A stretch of 64,000 nt of DNA from Nemertoderma westbladi (taxonomy: Eukaryota > Animalia > Xenacoelomorpha), in NCBI GenBank assembly GCA_032718475.1, contig JAUCBJ010004912.1:1-64000 (forward strand), read 5' to 3'. Below are positions 12,639 through 22,335 of this stretch, one piece after another (positions within the stretch are counted from its first letter, which is position 1; every line of letters starts with the position of its first letter). Under the pieces are notes generated by a model, which was not told the origin of the DNA, did no database searches, and saw only the letters and a list, made by a program, of their open reading frames with translations. The translations under genes and the position numbers were made by a program.

Positions 12639-15600
12639 TTATCGGTCAAAGTATTGCTGGATCCGCCTTCTTTTGGTACTAAAGGGAACATTGCACCTAA
12701 AGCAGTTTTGGATGAAATTCACCCCACCCAATTCTGGGATTGTAAGTGATCCCGACTCGACCCATGTCCTAAGTTGTCTCCTGTCATACCTGGCCGTGCA
12801 GAGAGACCTTACGCTTGGAAGTGGATACAGGGAGCTGCAAGTTTGCTGACAAGAGCTCAGACCACCATGGGATTTAATTGTTGAGTGAGAAAGGTATCGA
12901 CAGACAAGAAAGTTACATTCTGTGGCATTCGGACCATTGCAGGCACGTTGCAAGCAGCACATGTTGTCATAAGCGATCACAGCGGAGATTGGAGTTGTGT
13001 TAGTAATCTTGTGCAAAACAGCATTTGGCACGTAACAGCTTACGTGCATCAGTCCACGCAGCACCTTCCTATAGGAAGTGTCAAGTTCGCGCAGTTCCTT
13101 GTCAATTAGCCGTCCCACCAGGAATCTCATCTTGTACAGTAGCGATGGGACCACCGCTGTGTTCCATAGAGCGAAAAGTGTGCTCGGGTTTATTCTCCTT
13201 GCGGTCCAACCCTTCTGGTGGAAGGTCTCTGAGATTATTGTTAGATATCGTTTGAGTTCCTTCAATACTGCGGTCCTTTGTATATTTAGTGAGACGCCAA
13301 GGAATGATAATGACTTTGTTGGCTGTATAAGTACACCATTTATTTTAAGAAAACATGGAATCCCCTGACCATTACGTCCAGATCCTAGGATATAAGTCCA
13401 TTCTGTCTTTGAGCCTTCCACAGATAGACCCACACGTGCGAGTTCACGAGAGATTATCACTATCATATCTTCTAGATCCTTAACTGACTCCCCGGTTAAA
13501 AATAGATCATCCGCGTAACAAAAGAGATGAGAGTATGATGCCAGTTTTCCTGGACCGAATCCCGATTCCTTCAGTTTATCTGGTAAAAATCCGATATAGA
13601 AGGTGAATAGTACAGGTGAGATTAACGAACCTTGCTTGAGGCCACGAGTCAACTTGATTCCAATGGACTCAACCAACTCCCCAAATTTCAGATGAATCAT
13701 TGTTTTCCTATAGTAGTCAAGCAGGACTGCACATATATGGGGATTTAATACTTCCAGTAGCTTGTCATGGAGAACATGAAATTCGACACTGTCGAATGCT
13801 GACTTGATGTCCAGCTTGCACAGGATTGAATTCCTCCCATTTTCCCGTTGCATCTCCAATTGTTCCATGATTACTGCTAGTGCAATATCTGTACCCAACC
13901 TTTTCCTATAGGCGAATTGCGAGCGGGGTTTAGGAAGTGCCATGAGGTATTCTGACAGAATCACAGCCTCAAACACTTTGGAAAGAATGCTTATAGAGGC
14001 GATAGGCCTGAATGAGTTGGTTTTTAGTGGATCCCTTTGTTTTCCTTTGAAAATGTTCGTGACTACAGTCCTGCCAAAGCAAGAGGGGACCTTGCCCAGT
14101 CTGAGACAGGCATTCAATAGCTTGGCTATTGTGTCTGTAGCAATGTCCAGACTTACTAGGAGTATGTGCTCTATTACTAAAGATCCAAAATCTGGCGCTT
14201 TCCCTGGGGATATGGCTAGGATAGCCCTCCGTACTGTAGCTTTGGACACCGAAGGAATGTTACTGTGCTGGCACGCCACTGATATATTATGCTCCACTTC
14301 CCGTGTAAGATTTTCATTTGCATCTGCCTGTGCTGCTTCTTCATATTGTTTAATTAGTTTCTCTTCGACATCCTTATTCGGGCTAATCATGGCCCTTGGG
14401 TTGATATTCCTCCAGAAATTTCGTGGATCCTTCTTTTCCAGCTGAGTGATTTTTTCCACTTCTTGAGTTTCTTTATTGCGGAGGAGCCAGTTCTTGAGTC
14501 GCCTGACCCCACGTTTGGACTCCTTATATGATTCCTCTAACTTTGTACTTAAGACGCAGTCAGGTGCTGCTCTTTTCCACAGTGAGTGTAGCTGTTTTGT
14601 TTGCCTTGACCGCTGGGCCAAATTGGCAGATTTTATTCGGTGCTGGTGTCCTTGGCGCCTGTTCTTTTTTATTGGTATATGTTCTAATGAAGCTGTGAGA
14701 AATATTTGTTCAAGCTGGACTGCCGCTGGTTCCAAGTTGGCCTCCTTCCAGGTTGCGCTAGCATGTTGTGTTGCCCAGAACTCTTCTAACTTGGTACTAA
14801 CACTCTGGTTATAATCTGACAACTGTTGGGGCGTTGCTCGGTCCCAGTTAAACCGCGTTTGTTTAGTTTTCTTCCGTCCTTGGGTGGGCTTGATTCGAGT
14901 ATTGACATTGCCTTTATCCATGATCGATATGTTAGCAATTACAGGTCTGTGGTCTGAGCAGTTTATAATTCCATCTTGGTCAGGATTATCATCAAGGACT
15001 TCGCCATTGGTAATGAGTGACCTTCCTGTCTTTGTTGTAAGAATATGGTCAATATAGGATGAGGAAGTTGGCCCTGCATACGTGGATAATGGACCTGAGA
15101 AGCAACTGTATGTATCCGCTGCAAAAAGGTGTTGTTCATGCAGGAAGCGGGATAAGCGCTTCCCACGGGTGGATGCATTGTACCTATTGTATCGGGGTCC
15201 TTGTGTAGATCCGAGGTCTCCGTTTGTGTCTGACAGAATGAATGGAATAGCATCAGAGTTATTAAGCAGTAAGGATTCCAGGCGATTCAGGTGGTGTTCA
15301 TATTCATCGGTTGGTTTGCTGGCATCCGGAGCATAACTGGAAATTAGCAGGAGTTTGCCCAGTGAGCTGACTGTGTTTGCTTTTATCCCGATTATGTCGT
15401 CCCCAGATTCAACTGTTGAAATGTTAGTGAATACATTCCTTCTATAGAAGAGGGCCACCCCACCAGCACCTCGTTTCCTGTGTGGGTTACCCATTCGCCC
15501 CCCTACTACATGTAAATACTCAAAGTCCTTATTTAACATTGATAGATGTAGGCGTGATTGTAGTTCGTCCAGCCATGTCTCTTGTATTGCAAGTACATCC

Positions 15601-15680
15601 GTCTTTTCCAGTAAGTGGTTGATGAAATCCCAGCTGCTTGAGAAGCCATGGCAGTTGAATGTTGCGATTCTCAGGTTTTT
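12639..15680 (-). CDS. LINE ORF2: apurinic endonuclease plus reverse transcriptase
   Basis: The frame extends upstream of the listed ATG (15539) through LRIATFNCHG and DVLAIQETWL. APE motifs YAP, SDTNGD, YIDHIL, SDHRPV; RT motifs FRPIASISILSKVFE, QFAYR, LDIKSAFDSV, GLKQGSLISP, YADD, FLGV. True start unresolved. Confidence 0.92.
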   Translation of the reverse strand, partial: KNLRIATFNCHGFSSSWDFINHLLEKTDVLAIQETWLDELQSRLHLSMLNKDFEYLHVVGGRMGNPHRKRGAGGVALFYRRNVFTNISTVESGDDIIGIKANTVSSLGKLLLISSYAPDASKPTDEYEHHLNRLESLLLNNSDAIPFILSDTNGDLGSTQGPRYNRYNASTRGKRLSRFLHEQHLFAADTYSCFSGPLSTYAGPTSSSYIDHILTTKTGRSLITNGEVLDDNPDQDGIINCSDHRPVIANISIMDKGNVNTRIKPTQGRKKTKQTRFNWDRATPQQLSDYNQSVSTKLEEFWATQHASATWKEANLEPAAVQLEQIFLTASLEHIPIKKNRRQGHQHRIKSANLAQRSRQTKQLHSLWKRAAPDCVLSTKLEESYKESKRGVRRLKNWLLRNKETQEVEKITQLEKKDPRNFWRNINPRAMISPNKDVEEKLIKQYEEAAQADANENLTREVEHNISVACQHSNIPSVSKATVRRAILAISPGKAPDFGSLVIEHILLVSLDIATDTIAKLLNACLRLGKVPSCFGRTVVTNIFKGKQRDPLKTNSFRPIASISILSKVFEAVILSEYLMALPKPRSQFAYRKRLGTDIALAVIMEQLEMQRENGRNSILCKLDIKSAFDSVEFHVLHDKLLEVLNPHICAVLLDYYRKTMIHLKFGELVESIGIKLTRGLKQGSLISPVLFTFYIGFLPDKLKESGFGPGKLASYSHLFCYADDLFLTGESVKDLEDMIVIISRELARVGLSVEGSKTEWTYILGSGRNGQGIPCFLKINGVLIQPTKSLSFLGVSLNIQRTAVLKELKRYLTIISETFHQKGWTARRINPSTLFALWNTAVVPSLLYKMRFLVGRLIDKELRELDTSYRKVLRGLMHVSCYVPNAVLHKITNTTPISAVIAYDNMCCLQRACNGPNATECNFLVCRYLSHSTIKSHGGLSSCQQTCSSLYPLPSVRSLCTARYDRRQLRTWVESGSLTIPELGGVNFIQNCFRCNVPFSTKRRRIQQYFDR

Positions 15681-15711
15681 AGGTGCGTCCCCCCTGGTAC
15701 CCTTTTCATTG

Positions 15712-18060
15712 TTAAACCCGCCGATTGGATTGGTAGGTGCCAGGGGACCATTCCCTGACTCTGTCTCCTCTGTACCCCCACGATGAGTTCATTTGTAGGT
15801 TTGGTAGGTTCCCTCTGTCGCAGCATCTAATGTTGCTTGGCCAGAAGTCATGCTTAAGGGTCTTAAGTTTATCTTTGATATCAATAGTGGCCCGGATTCG
15901 TTTTGATTGGGGGTTAAGACCAGATAAGCTGGTTGTTGTGCGCTGTACCATTACTCCTCTGCGTTCTAGGTAGTTAGTGACATCAGCTTCATTCTCCCAC
16001 TGGTGGAGACCCGTGATGTATATGACTGCTGGATTTCGTACCTGCTTAATGCTAGTTCTTCTAATCTCCCGTTTCCCATTGTGGTTGAGGTTGCAGGGTT
16101 TCGAGTTAACATAGTCCTTCCTCTGCCTGTGTAAGCTGGTGCTTATATCCTCTTGGGATCTGAGTGGCTCCTTTCTCGTTTCCCTGGTTATGTTGTTGCA
16201 GTATGGATTAGCTTCTCGGGATAGTAGTTCATACTTGTTGCTTGTCTGGGTTTTGTTTATGACATCTTTAGTTTTACTGTCAGTCCTACCATGTCGTTTT
16301 GCTTGTGGTCTTGGTCTATTGTTACTTGGCTGCCAATCTGGGGAACTGCAGTCAGAACTGATGGTGTCGATCACAATTAATTCTTCCACATCGCTCCAAG
16401 GCGGACTCTTGTTTTCTCCTTCATATATTTTCTTATGACTTCGTCTTTTACCAGTGATGTCGACCAAGCTATTGTTCTCCTTGGATTTATCTTGAATCAA
16501 CTTAATCTTTTTGTTCATTATTTGCCCTTGAATAGAAATGTTTCTGTTATTATTTACTGACACTTGAGGTTGCATTATTTTGTCAGTGTGTGGCTTCATT
16601 ACAGACATTATTTTTGCCTCTAGGATTAAGCGAGCACCCCGTTCTTCGTTCAGGTCTTCCTTAATCCGTTTATTTTCCTCCTCCATTATGTCTACATTAT
16701 TCTCCAGGGAGCAGATCCTGGCTTGTAAGGCTGCAACGGAAGATATAAGGTCTGATCTTAATTGTTCTAATGATATTGCTGATGGAGAGGTTTCTGATTG
16801 CACTTTTTTCTTCAGACTTTTTCGAGCAGCATCTGTCAGGTTTCCAACCTGGATTGCAAGTAACAGTTCATATATGTCCAGCGAAACCTCGCTAGGTGAG
16901 CCACGCTGCCTGAGCTCAAGAGTGACCTGTTGTGTTGGGGCCATGAGCTGCACCACCTCTGTGAATAACTTAGTTCTAATATTTAATCGGTGCTCTGATG
17001 AGAAAGTATTTAGTCTTTTTAATGTTGCTTTCTTAGAGCCCAAGAGGAGGGAAGACATGATATTGCTGGTTGAATCTGATGAATCCTGGCAAGATGGTTG
17101 TATATTCCCGGATAAGGTAGGTGTGCCAGGATCCCCACAAGACAGGTTGTTAGGGTTATCCGTGGATCTATGACTGGCATTACCTAGGATTGGCCAAGTG
17201 GTGTTTGTCTGATGGCCATGGGTTATAGGTGTCGGGTTTGATGCCGCTGCCATAAAGGATGATGGCGGCACCAGCTGATGTGATGTGGGTGTACAAATGA
17301 GGTCACTGTCGATTTTGACATCTTTAATGACACCTTCCAACCATTTGCGTATACCTCCATTAAGTTTTTGGAATACATCTTTAGCACCTGTGGCTAAGTA
17401 AATGGCATATATGCAGATAAACGGGCCACAGTCGTGGCCATTGGATTGACTTGGGATTTCGCGGTGGCGCATTTCTACTTGCCATTCCGGACCTGCAACT
17501 CCTTTGACTCTATGAATCAAGTTGAGCAGGTTGCATAATATGGACTGATTTATGCCGCTATAATCTCTTTTGATTGGGCAAAAAGAGTATAGTTTCCTGG
17601 TGGTCACTTCTGCAATGTGTAAAGTATAGTGGCTGTTGGTGCACTCAGGGAAGAATATTAATTCCTCAGTCTCTAGGTCACAGCTACTTGTGATGTATCT
17701 TACTGCGGCAGATACATCGAATTTGTCTTGGCTCAACTTGAGGCACAGTGAACTGTCAACAGAGCGTATGTGTGGGAAATGTCTCTCCAGTAAGCCAAAG
17801 AAGCAGTCTATTATACCGGTAGTTACTAACGAGGATCCCTGCAAACTTTCCATATCAAGACCACCTTGCACTGGGTTGAATAGTGGTTTTGGTGAGTGTC
17901 TACGTGGCTTTGTGATAGCCTTCACTACATCTAATTCATTGAAACCAGGTTCAATGTCGGCATGAAAGATGCCTTCCAGTACTGAGTCACTATCTTCTTC
18001 CATGATGCTTAGTCCTGGTCTGGTGGGTCTGCCTTCTTCGTGGGATACATTTTCATTCAC
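15712..18060 (-). CDS. LINE ORF1b: Ulp1/C48 peptidase-like domain, coiled coil, RRM-like C-terminus
   Basis: IIDCFFGLL..IFFPECTNSHYTLHIA..LYSFCPI..IPSQSNGHDCGPFICIYA matches C48 motif order. A heptad-rich stretch follows (LQARICSLENNVDIMEEENKRIKEDL). The end VIYITGL...FWPSNIRC resembles LINE ORF1 RRM-like ends. Confidence 0.8.
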   Translation of the reverse strand: MNENVSHEEGRPTRPGLSIMEEDSDSVLEGIFHADIEPGFNELDVVKAITKPRRHSPKPLFNPVQGGLDMESLQGSSLVTTGIIDCFFGLLERHFPHIRSVDSSLCLKLSQDKFDVSAAVRYITSSCDLETEELIFFPECTNSHYTLHIAEVTTRKLYSFCPIKRDYSGINQSILCNLLNLIHRVKGVAGPEWQVEMRHREIPSQSNGHDCGPFICIYAIYLATGAKDVFQKLNGGIRKWLEGVIKDVKIDSDLICTPTSHQLVPPSSFMAAASNPTPITHGHQTNTTWPILGNASHRSTDNPNNLSCGDPGTPTLSGNIQPSCQDSSDSTSNIMSSLLLGSKKATLKRLNTFSSEHRLNIRTKLFTEVVQLMAPTQQVTLELRQRGSPSEVSLDIYELLLAIQVGNLTDAARKSLKKKVQSETSPSAISLEQLRSDLISSVAALQARICSLENNVDIMEEENKRIKEDLNEERGARLILEAKIMSVMKPHTDKIMQPQVSVNNNRNISIQGQIMNKKIKLIQDKSKENNSLVDITGKRRSHKKIYEGENKSPPWSDVEELIVIDTISSDCSSPDWQPSNNRPRPQAKRHGRTDSKTKDVINKTQTSNKYELLSREANPYCNNITRETRKEPLRSQEDISTSLHRQRKDYVNSKPCNLNHNGKREIRRTSIKQVRNPAVIYITGLHQWENEADVTNYLERRGVMVQRTTTSLSGLNPQSKRIRATIDIKDKLKTLKHDFWPSNIRCCDRGNLPNLQMNSSWGYRGDRVREWSPGTYQSNRRV

Positions 18061-18082
18061 TGAACTGGTGGGCTTGGGTTCA

Positions 18083-21000
18083 TTATAGAGTATCGCTCAG
18101 TGGTTGGAACTCTGGGCTATTTGGATTTAATATGTGTGCGCTAGCCTTTATTGCTGTTGGCTGTGACTTCTGGAAGAAATCGGTAATTTTCTTCACCTTT
18201 CTGCTGCTGCTTCGATTGCATATAGCTATGCATTCTACTCCCGGGGAAGACACTGCATGGTTGTGAGTGGTAGCATTTCCTGGTGGACCTGCAACTCCTT
18301 CTGGGATAGTGTTGGTAAAAAGAGGGCTTATTGGATCAGCAATTGACCCAGCATTGTCGGGACATGTGACCTTGGGTTCGCTTGCAATGCCTTGACCTAT
18401 AGGGTTAGTTGATGGGGCTGTAGCGTACTGTTGGTCTGTGGTGTGGTTGTTTTTTGGGCGTGGGTATGCATTTATGGTGATATATCTGGGCTTCCAGGTG
18501 AGGTCATCCTGGAGGTCATCCACTCTGTGTATCAGTGTCTCCTGCCCAGTTACTGCACCTTGAATAGAATTGGAACACATGTGGTCCCCATAGTTCTCCT
18601 CTGGTCCCTGCAAATTTGCCACCTCTGAGCATGTATTAGCATCCCCCTGAGAATCGCAGTTGCAGGAGGCAGCATCAGGTTCATTTCCTCCCAGATAAGC
18701 ATCATTGTTGACCACCTCAGAGATGAATGCTTCCTTTAGTATGTCAACCTTACCTTGTCCGCTAAGTCGCTCTAATCCACTCTCTGATATATCCATGACT
18801 GGTGGGCAATCTGGGATCAGCTGACCAGGCTGCGTCAAAGAGAAACTATCACTCACTGTTATAGACACTGGAGAAGGTGGGTCGCTGGTTGCTGCTGCAC
18901 CTTGATCTGCATTCACATCATTTTGATCTGCAATCGGCTCTATTGCTCTATTAGGTTCTATTGCGTCTGGTGAGTCATTAACCTGTCTGGGATTGTAGGG
19001 TATTGACTTAGGAAGGGCACCTTGGCTCCTGGTATGCGGTCTGGTTGCCTGGCATTTCTTCCCAAGCTGCTGCCAGTAACCAGGACCCCTCTTAGCTCGG
19101 CGAACAGCTGTACTTACCAGTGGTTGTTTGGCTGCTGATATAGTAGTGGTAACACAGTTACTATAACTAGTAAATATAGAAATATTATTAGGTATACGCA
19201 CCAAAAAGTTTGTATTTGTAACTGGGATAGGGCTAGTACCAGCGACAAACTTGGAGCCATTGTTTGTGCTTTCCTGACGCACCCAAGCCGGGTCATTGGC
19301 TGTATGGTTACCCGGGCCTAACCAGCTTGGGTGTGCAGTATTGTAAACGCCGCCAGAATGGGGTGGTTTCATATGGATAGGTGTAGTAGTCGTCCTATTG
19401 CACCAGCTACCACCATCTGCTGGGTCCTCAACCGTAATAACGTTATTCACAGAGTTTGTGGTGGTCGAGATTGGTGGGGACATTGGAGTCGTCATCTTAC
19501 CCGTAGATGGATCAGATCCTGAGACTATCATATTAAAGTTGTCGTTCCAGTTTTCAGGAAGACACCTCTGGACCAGGTCATCGGCTGTCTGGTTTCCCGG
19601 GCCTACCTGGTCCAGGAGGGTGTATGTCGTCAAACCGCCAGGTAAACTCGTCGTCAGACTGCCAGGTAAGTTCGTCGTCGATCCACAGGGTAAACTCGTC
19701 GCCCCATGCGACAGAGTCGTCGTCGAACTGCCGGGTAAACTCATCGTCGACCCGTCGGGTAAACTCGTCGTCGAACCGCCAGGTAAGCTCGTCGCACCAT
19801 TCGGCGGAATCGTCGTCGAACCGCCGGGTGAACTCGTAACCCCATTTGGCGGAATCGTCATCGAACCGCCGGGTAAACTCATAACCCCATTCGGCGGAAT
19901 CGTTATCGAACCGCTTGGTAATCTCGTAGTCCCATTTGGCGGAATCGTCGTCGAACCGCGGGGTAAACTCGTCGCACCATTCGGTGGAATCGTCGTCAAA
20001 CCGCCGGGTAAACTCATAACCCCATTTGGCGGAATCGTCGTCGAGCCACCGGGTAAACTCGTCGCCCCATTCGGCGGAATCGTTATCGAACCGCTTGGTG
20101 ATCTCATAGTCCCATTTGGCGGAATCGTCGTCGAACCGCGGGGTAAACTCGTTGCACCATTCGGCGGAATCGTCGTCGAACCGCCGGGTAAACTCATAAC
20201 CCCATTTGGCGGAATCGTCGTCGAACCACCGGGTAAACTCGTAGCCCCATTTGACGGAATCGTCGTCGACCCGCTGGGTAAACTCGTAGTCCCATTTGGC
20301 GGAATCGTCGTTGAACCACCGGGTAACCGCGTCGTCGAACCACCGGGTAAGCTCGTCGTTGAACCACTGGGTAAACTCGTCTTCGAACCACCGGGTACAC
20401 TCGTCGTCGATCCACCTGAAATACTCGTCATCGAACCACCGGGTAAACTCGTCGTCGAACCACCGGATAAACTCGTCGTCGAACCACCAGGTAGACTCGT
20501 CGCCCCATTCGGCGGAATCGTCGTCGAAACGCCAGGTGAACTCGTCGACGAACCACCTGGTAAACTCGTCGCCCCGTTCGGCAGTATTGTCGTCAAACCG
20601 TCGTGTAAACTCGTTGTCGAACCACCTGGAATACTCGTCGTCGAACCACCGGGTAAACTCGTCGCCCCATTTGGCAGAGTTGTCGTCAAACCGCCGGGTA
20701 AACTCGTCGCCCCATTCGGCAGAATTGTCGTCGAACTGCCGGGTAAACTTGTCGTCGAACCACCGGGTAAACTCGTCGTCGAACCACCGGGTAAACTCGT
20801 CGTCGAACCGCCGGGTAAACTCGTCGTCCCATTTGGTGGAATCGTCGTCGAAACGCCGGGTAAACTCGTCGTCGAACCACCGGGTAAACTCGTCGTTGAC
20901 CCACCGGGTAAACTCGTCGTTGACCCACCGGGTAAACTCGTCGCCCCATTTGGCTGAAACGTCGTCGAAACACCAGGTAACCGCGACGTCGAACCACCGG

Positions 21001-21496
21001 GTAAACTCGTCGCCCCATTCGGCAGAATTGACGTCATAGTGGGACCGCCGGCGCCGGGTAGGCTCGTCGCCCCATTCGGCAGAATCGACGTCGTAGTCGA
21101 ACTCGAACCACCGGGTAAACTCGTCGCCCCATTCGGCGGAATCGACGTCGTAGTCAAACCGCTGGGTAAACTCATCGTCAAAACGCTGGTTAAACTCGTC
21201 GTCGAACCGCCGGGTAGACTCGTCGTCAAACCGCCGGGTAAACTCGTTGACGTGGTGGGTGGTATCATCGTCGATTCCCCAAGTGCACTCATGGGCATGG
21301 CTTTAGCTTTATTACATGTGAATGTTTTTGAGTTGTCGGGTAGGCCTCCTAAACCCATATCGATGATATTGGGTTCATCCTGTTCGTGTGCGATACGGCT
21401 ACTCCGAGTAGTTGGGCGAACGGCGCGAACCCCAAATTGATTTGGGCGGGGAAGTCGGCTTGTTATTTTCGTTGGTGTTCTTTGAATAGATGGCAT
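18083..21496 (-). CDS. LINE ORF1a: low-complexity Pro/Gly/Ser/Thr repeat protein (1137 aa)
   Basis: Uninterrupted ORF from ATG, with in-frame PGGSTTSL (8 aa) and PGGSTTIPPNGATSL (15 aa) repeats. Probably the N-terminal part of a longer ORF1. Confidence 0.65.
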   Translation of the reverse strand: MPSIQRTPTKITSRLPRPNQFGVRAVRPTTRSSRIAHEQDEPNIIDMGLGGLPDNSKTFTCNKAKAMPMSALGESTMIPPTTSTSLPGGLTTSLPGGSTTSLTSVLTMSLPSGLTTTSIPPNGATSLPGGSSSTTTSILPNGATSLPGAGGPTMTSILPNGATSLPGGSTSRLPGVSTTFQPNGATSLPGGSTTSLPGGSTTSLPGGSTTSLPGVSTTIPPNGTTSLPGGSTTSLPGGSTTSLPGGSTTSLPGSSTTILPNGATSLPGGLTTTLPNGATSLPGGSTTSIPGGSTTSLHDGLTTILPNGATSLPGGSSTSSPGVSTTIPPNGATSLPGGSTTSLSGGSTTSLPGGSMTSISGGSTTSVPGGSKTSLPSGSTTSLPGGSTTRLPGGSTTIPPNGTTSLPSGSTTIPSNGATSLPGGSTTIPPNGVMSLPGGSTTIPPNGATSLPRGSTTIPPNGTMRSPSGSITIPPNGATSLPGGSTTIPPNGVMSLPGGLTTIPPNGATSLPRGSTTIPPNGTTRLPSGSITIPPNGVMSLPGGSMTIPPNGVTSSPGGSTTIPPNGATSLPGGSTTSLPDGSTMSLPGSSTTTLSHGATSLPCGSTTNLPGSLTTSLPGGLTTYTLLDQVGPGNQTADDLVQRCLPENWNDNFNMIVSGSDPSTGKMTTPMSPPISTTTNSVNNVITVEDPADGGSWCNRTTTTPIHMKPPHSGGVYNTAHPSWLGPGNHTANDPAWVRQESTNNGSKFVAGTSPIPVTNTNFLVRIPNNISIFTSYSNCVTTTISAAKQPLVSTAVRRAKRGPGYWQQLGKKCQATRPHTRSQGALPKSIPYNPRQVNDSPDAIEPNRAIEPIADQNDVNADQGAAATSDPPSPVSITVSDSFSLTQPGQLIPDCPPVMDISESGLERLSGQGKVDILKEAFISEVVNNDAYLGGNEPDAASCNCDSQGDANTCSEVANLQGPEENYGDHMCSNSIQGAVTGQETLIHRVDDLQDDLTWKPRYITINAYPRPKNNHTTDQQYATAPSTNPIGQGIASEPKVTCPDNAGSIADPISPLFTNTIPEGVAGPPGNATTHNHAVSSPGVECIAICNRSSSRKVKKITDFFQKSQPTAIKASAHILNPNSPEFQPLSDTL
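19627..21250. repeat. CpG-rich coding minisatellite (24-bp and 45-bp units)
   Basis: Units gtcgaaccaccgggtaaactcgtc, with gccccattcggcggaatcgtc inserts; the frame stays open throughout. Confidence 0.9.
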
Positions 21497-21772
21497 TGTT
21501 GATATAGGCCTAGGCCAGTAGGCCCCACGATTTCTGCGATTGTCAAAGTTGCACAGACACAGATCCGCAGTTTTACTTGTTACCTGTGCTGTAACCTCCT
21601 GATCAGCTTATAATTTTTATATTTTCTTTGGCGTCGGTTTACTTCTTAGGTCGGTATGGCGTGCGTGTGGTCCAGCCTCCAGCGAGATTTTGTCTCAGCC
21701 AGAGACCCGTCTCAATTTATTATGTGAGGCAACAATGAATCTTAAATCGAATCTTAAAGTCAGGTTTTCAAC

Positions 21773-22335
21773 TGTGACGGGATCTGAGTTGGCAAGGATC
21801 CCGACCGGATTTTGTGTCGTGGTTCATACACGTTGCCGCGTGCTAATGGCTGAAGGCTTGGGACTGGAAGGCCGAAGGCTGATATAATAAACTGAGTTAA
21901 TAACTGAGTCCGTGATTATTAGTAATGTCAGATATATGAGTATCATTAATACAGCACAATAATAGCAGTAATGACGATGGTTGAAAACCGTTTGACTTCT
22001 ACACTCTACATAGCCAACTGAAGCACAATTAACAGAGTAACGGTTATATATATTACATCGGATACACATTCCTACCTAGGATTGGCCTACCAATGAATGC
22101 GCGATAATTAATGGTAAACCGCCCCATCATTGGTAGATCTATTCTCTGGCCAAACCCATTATCCCTGGCCCTATGCTAGCTTCCTCCTGAGATGGGCTAA
22201 TGTGCTGGCATCTCTCTTTCTTCTATCTTTCTCTCTCTATATTATATTGGTAATATCGTATATCCAATTATGATTCGTAAATCATACCTTTCCCCATTTT
22301 CCGCTGGGTGGTGCAGCGAATTGGATCCGATAACA
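21773..22335 (-). repeat. 5' LTR (563 bp)
   Basis: TGTGACGG...GATCCGATAACA, followed by the TSD CTCTA. Confidence 0.9.

Larger units (their letters stand above)
12404..21772 (-). mobile_element. Near full-length APE-RT non-LTR retrotransposon (RTE-X/L2-CR1-group-like; clade uncertain)
   Basis: Up to ~275-nt 5' UTR, ORF1a, ORF1b, ORF2 and an AT-rich 3' UTR ending ATTAAA then a (GAT)n tail at ~12405-12422. The 5' boundary is approximate. Confidence 0.85.
6853..22335 (-). mobile_element. LTR-bounded element (Gypsy-like, apparently non-autonomous) containing a nested LINE
   Basis: Direct repeats 6853..7462 and 21773..22335 (TG...CG and TG...CA). TSD CTCTA at 6848-6852 and 22336-22340. Minus-strand polypurine tract (ATGGGGGAAG) abuts 7463. 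Confidence 0.88.

Noticed and set aside
19398-21440. Long plus-strand ORFs (519, 247 and 133 aa; EPPGKLVV and SSSNHRVN repeats)
   Set aside because: Antisense or alternative-frame shadows of the 24/45-bp repeat in ORF1a; stop-free because unit lengths are multiples of 3.
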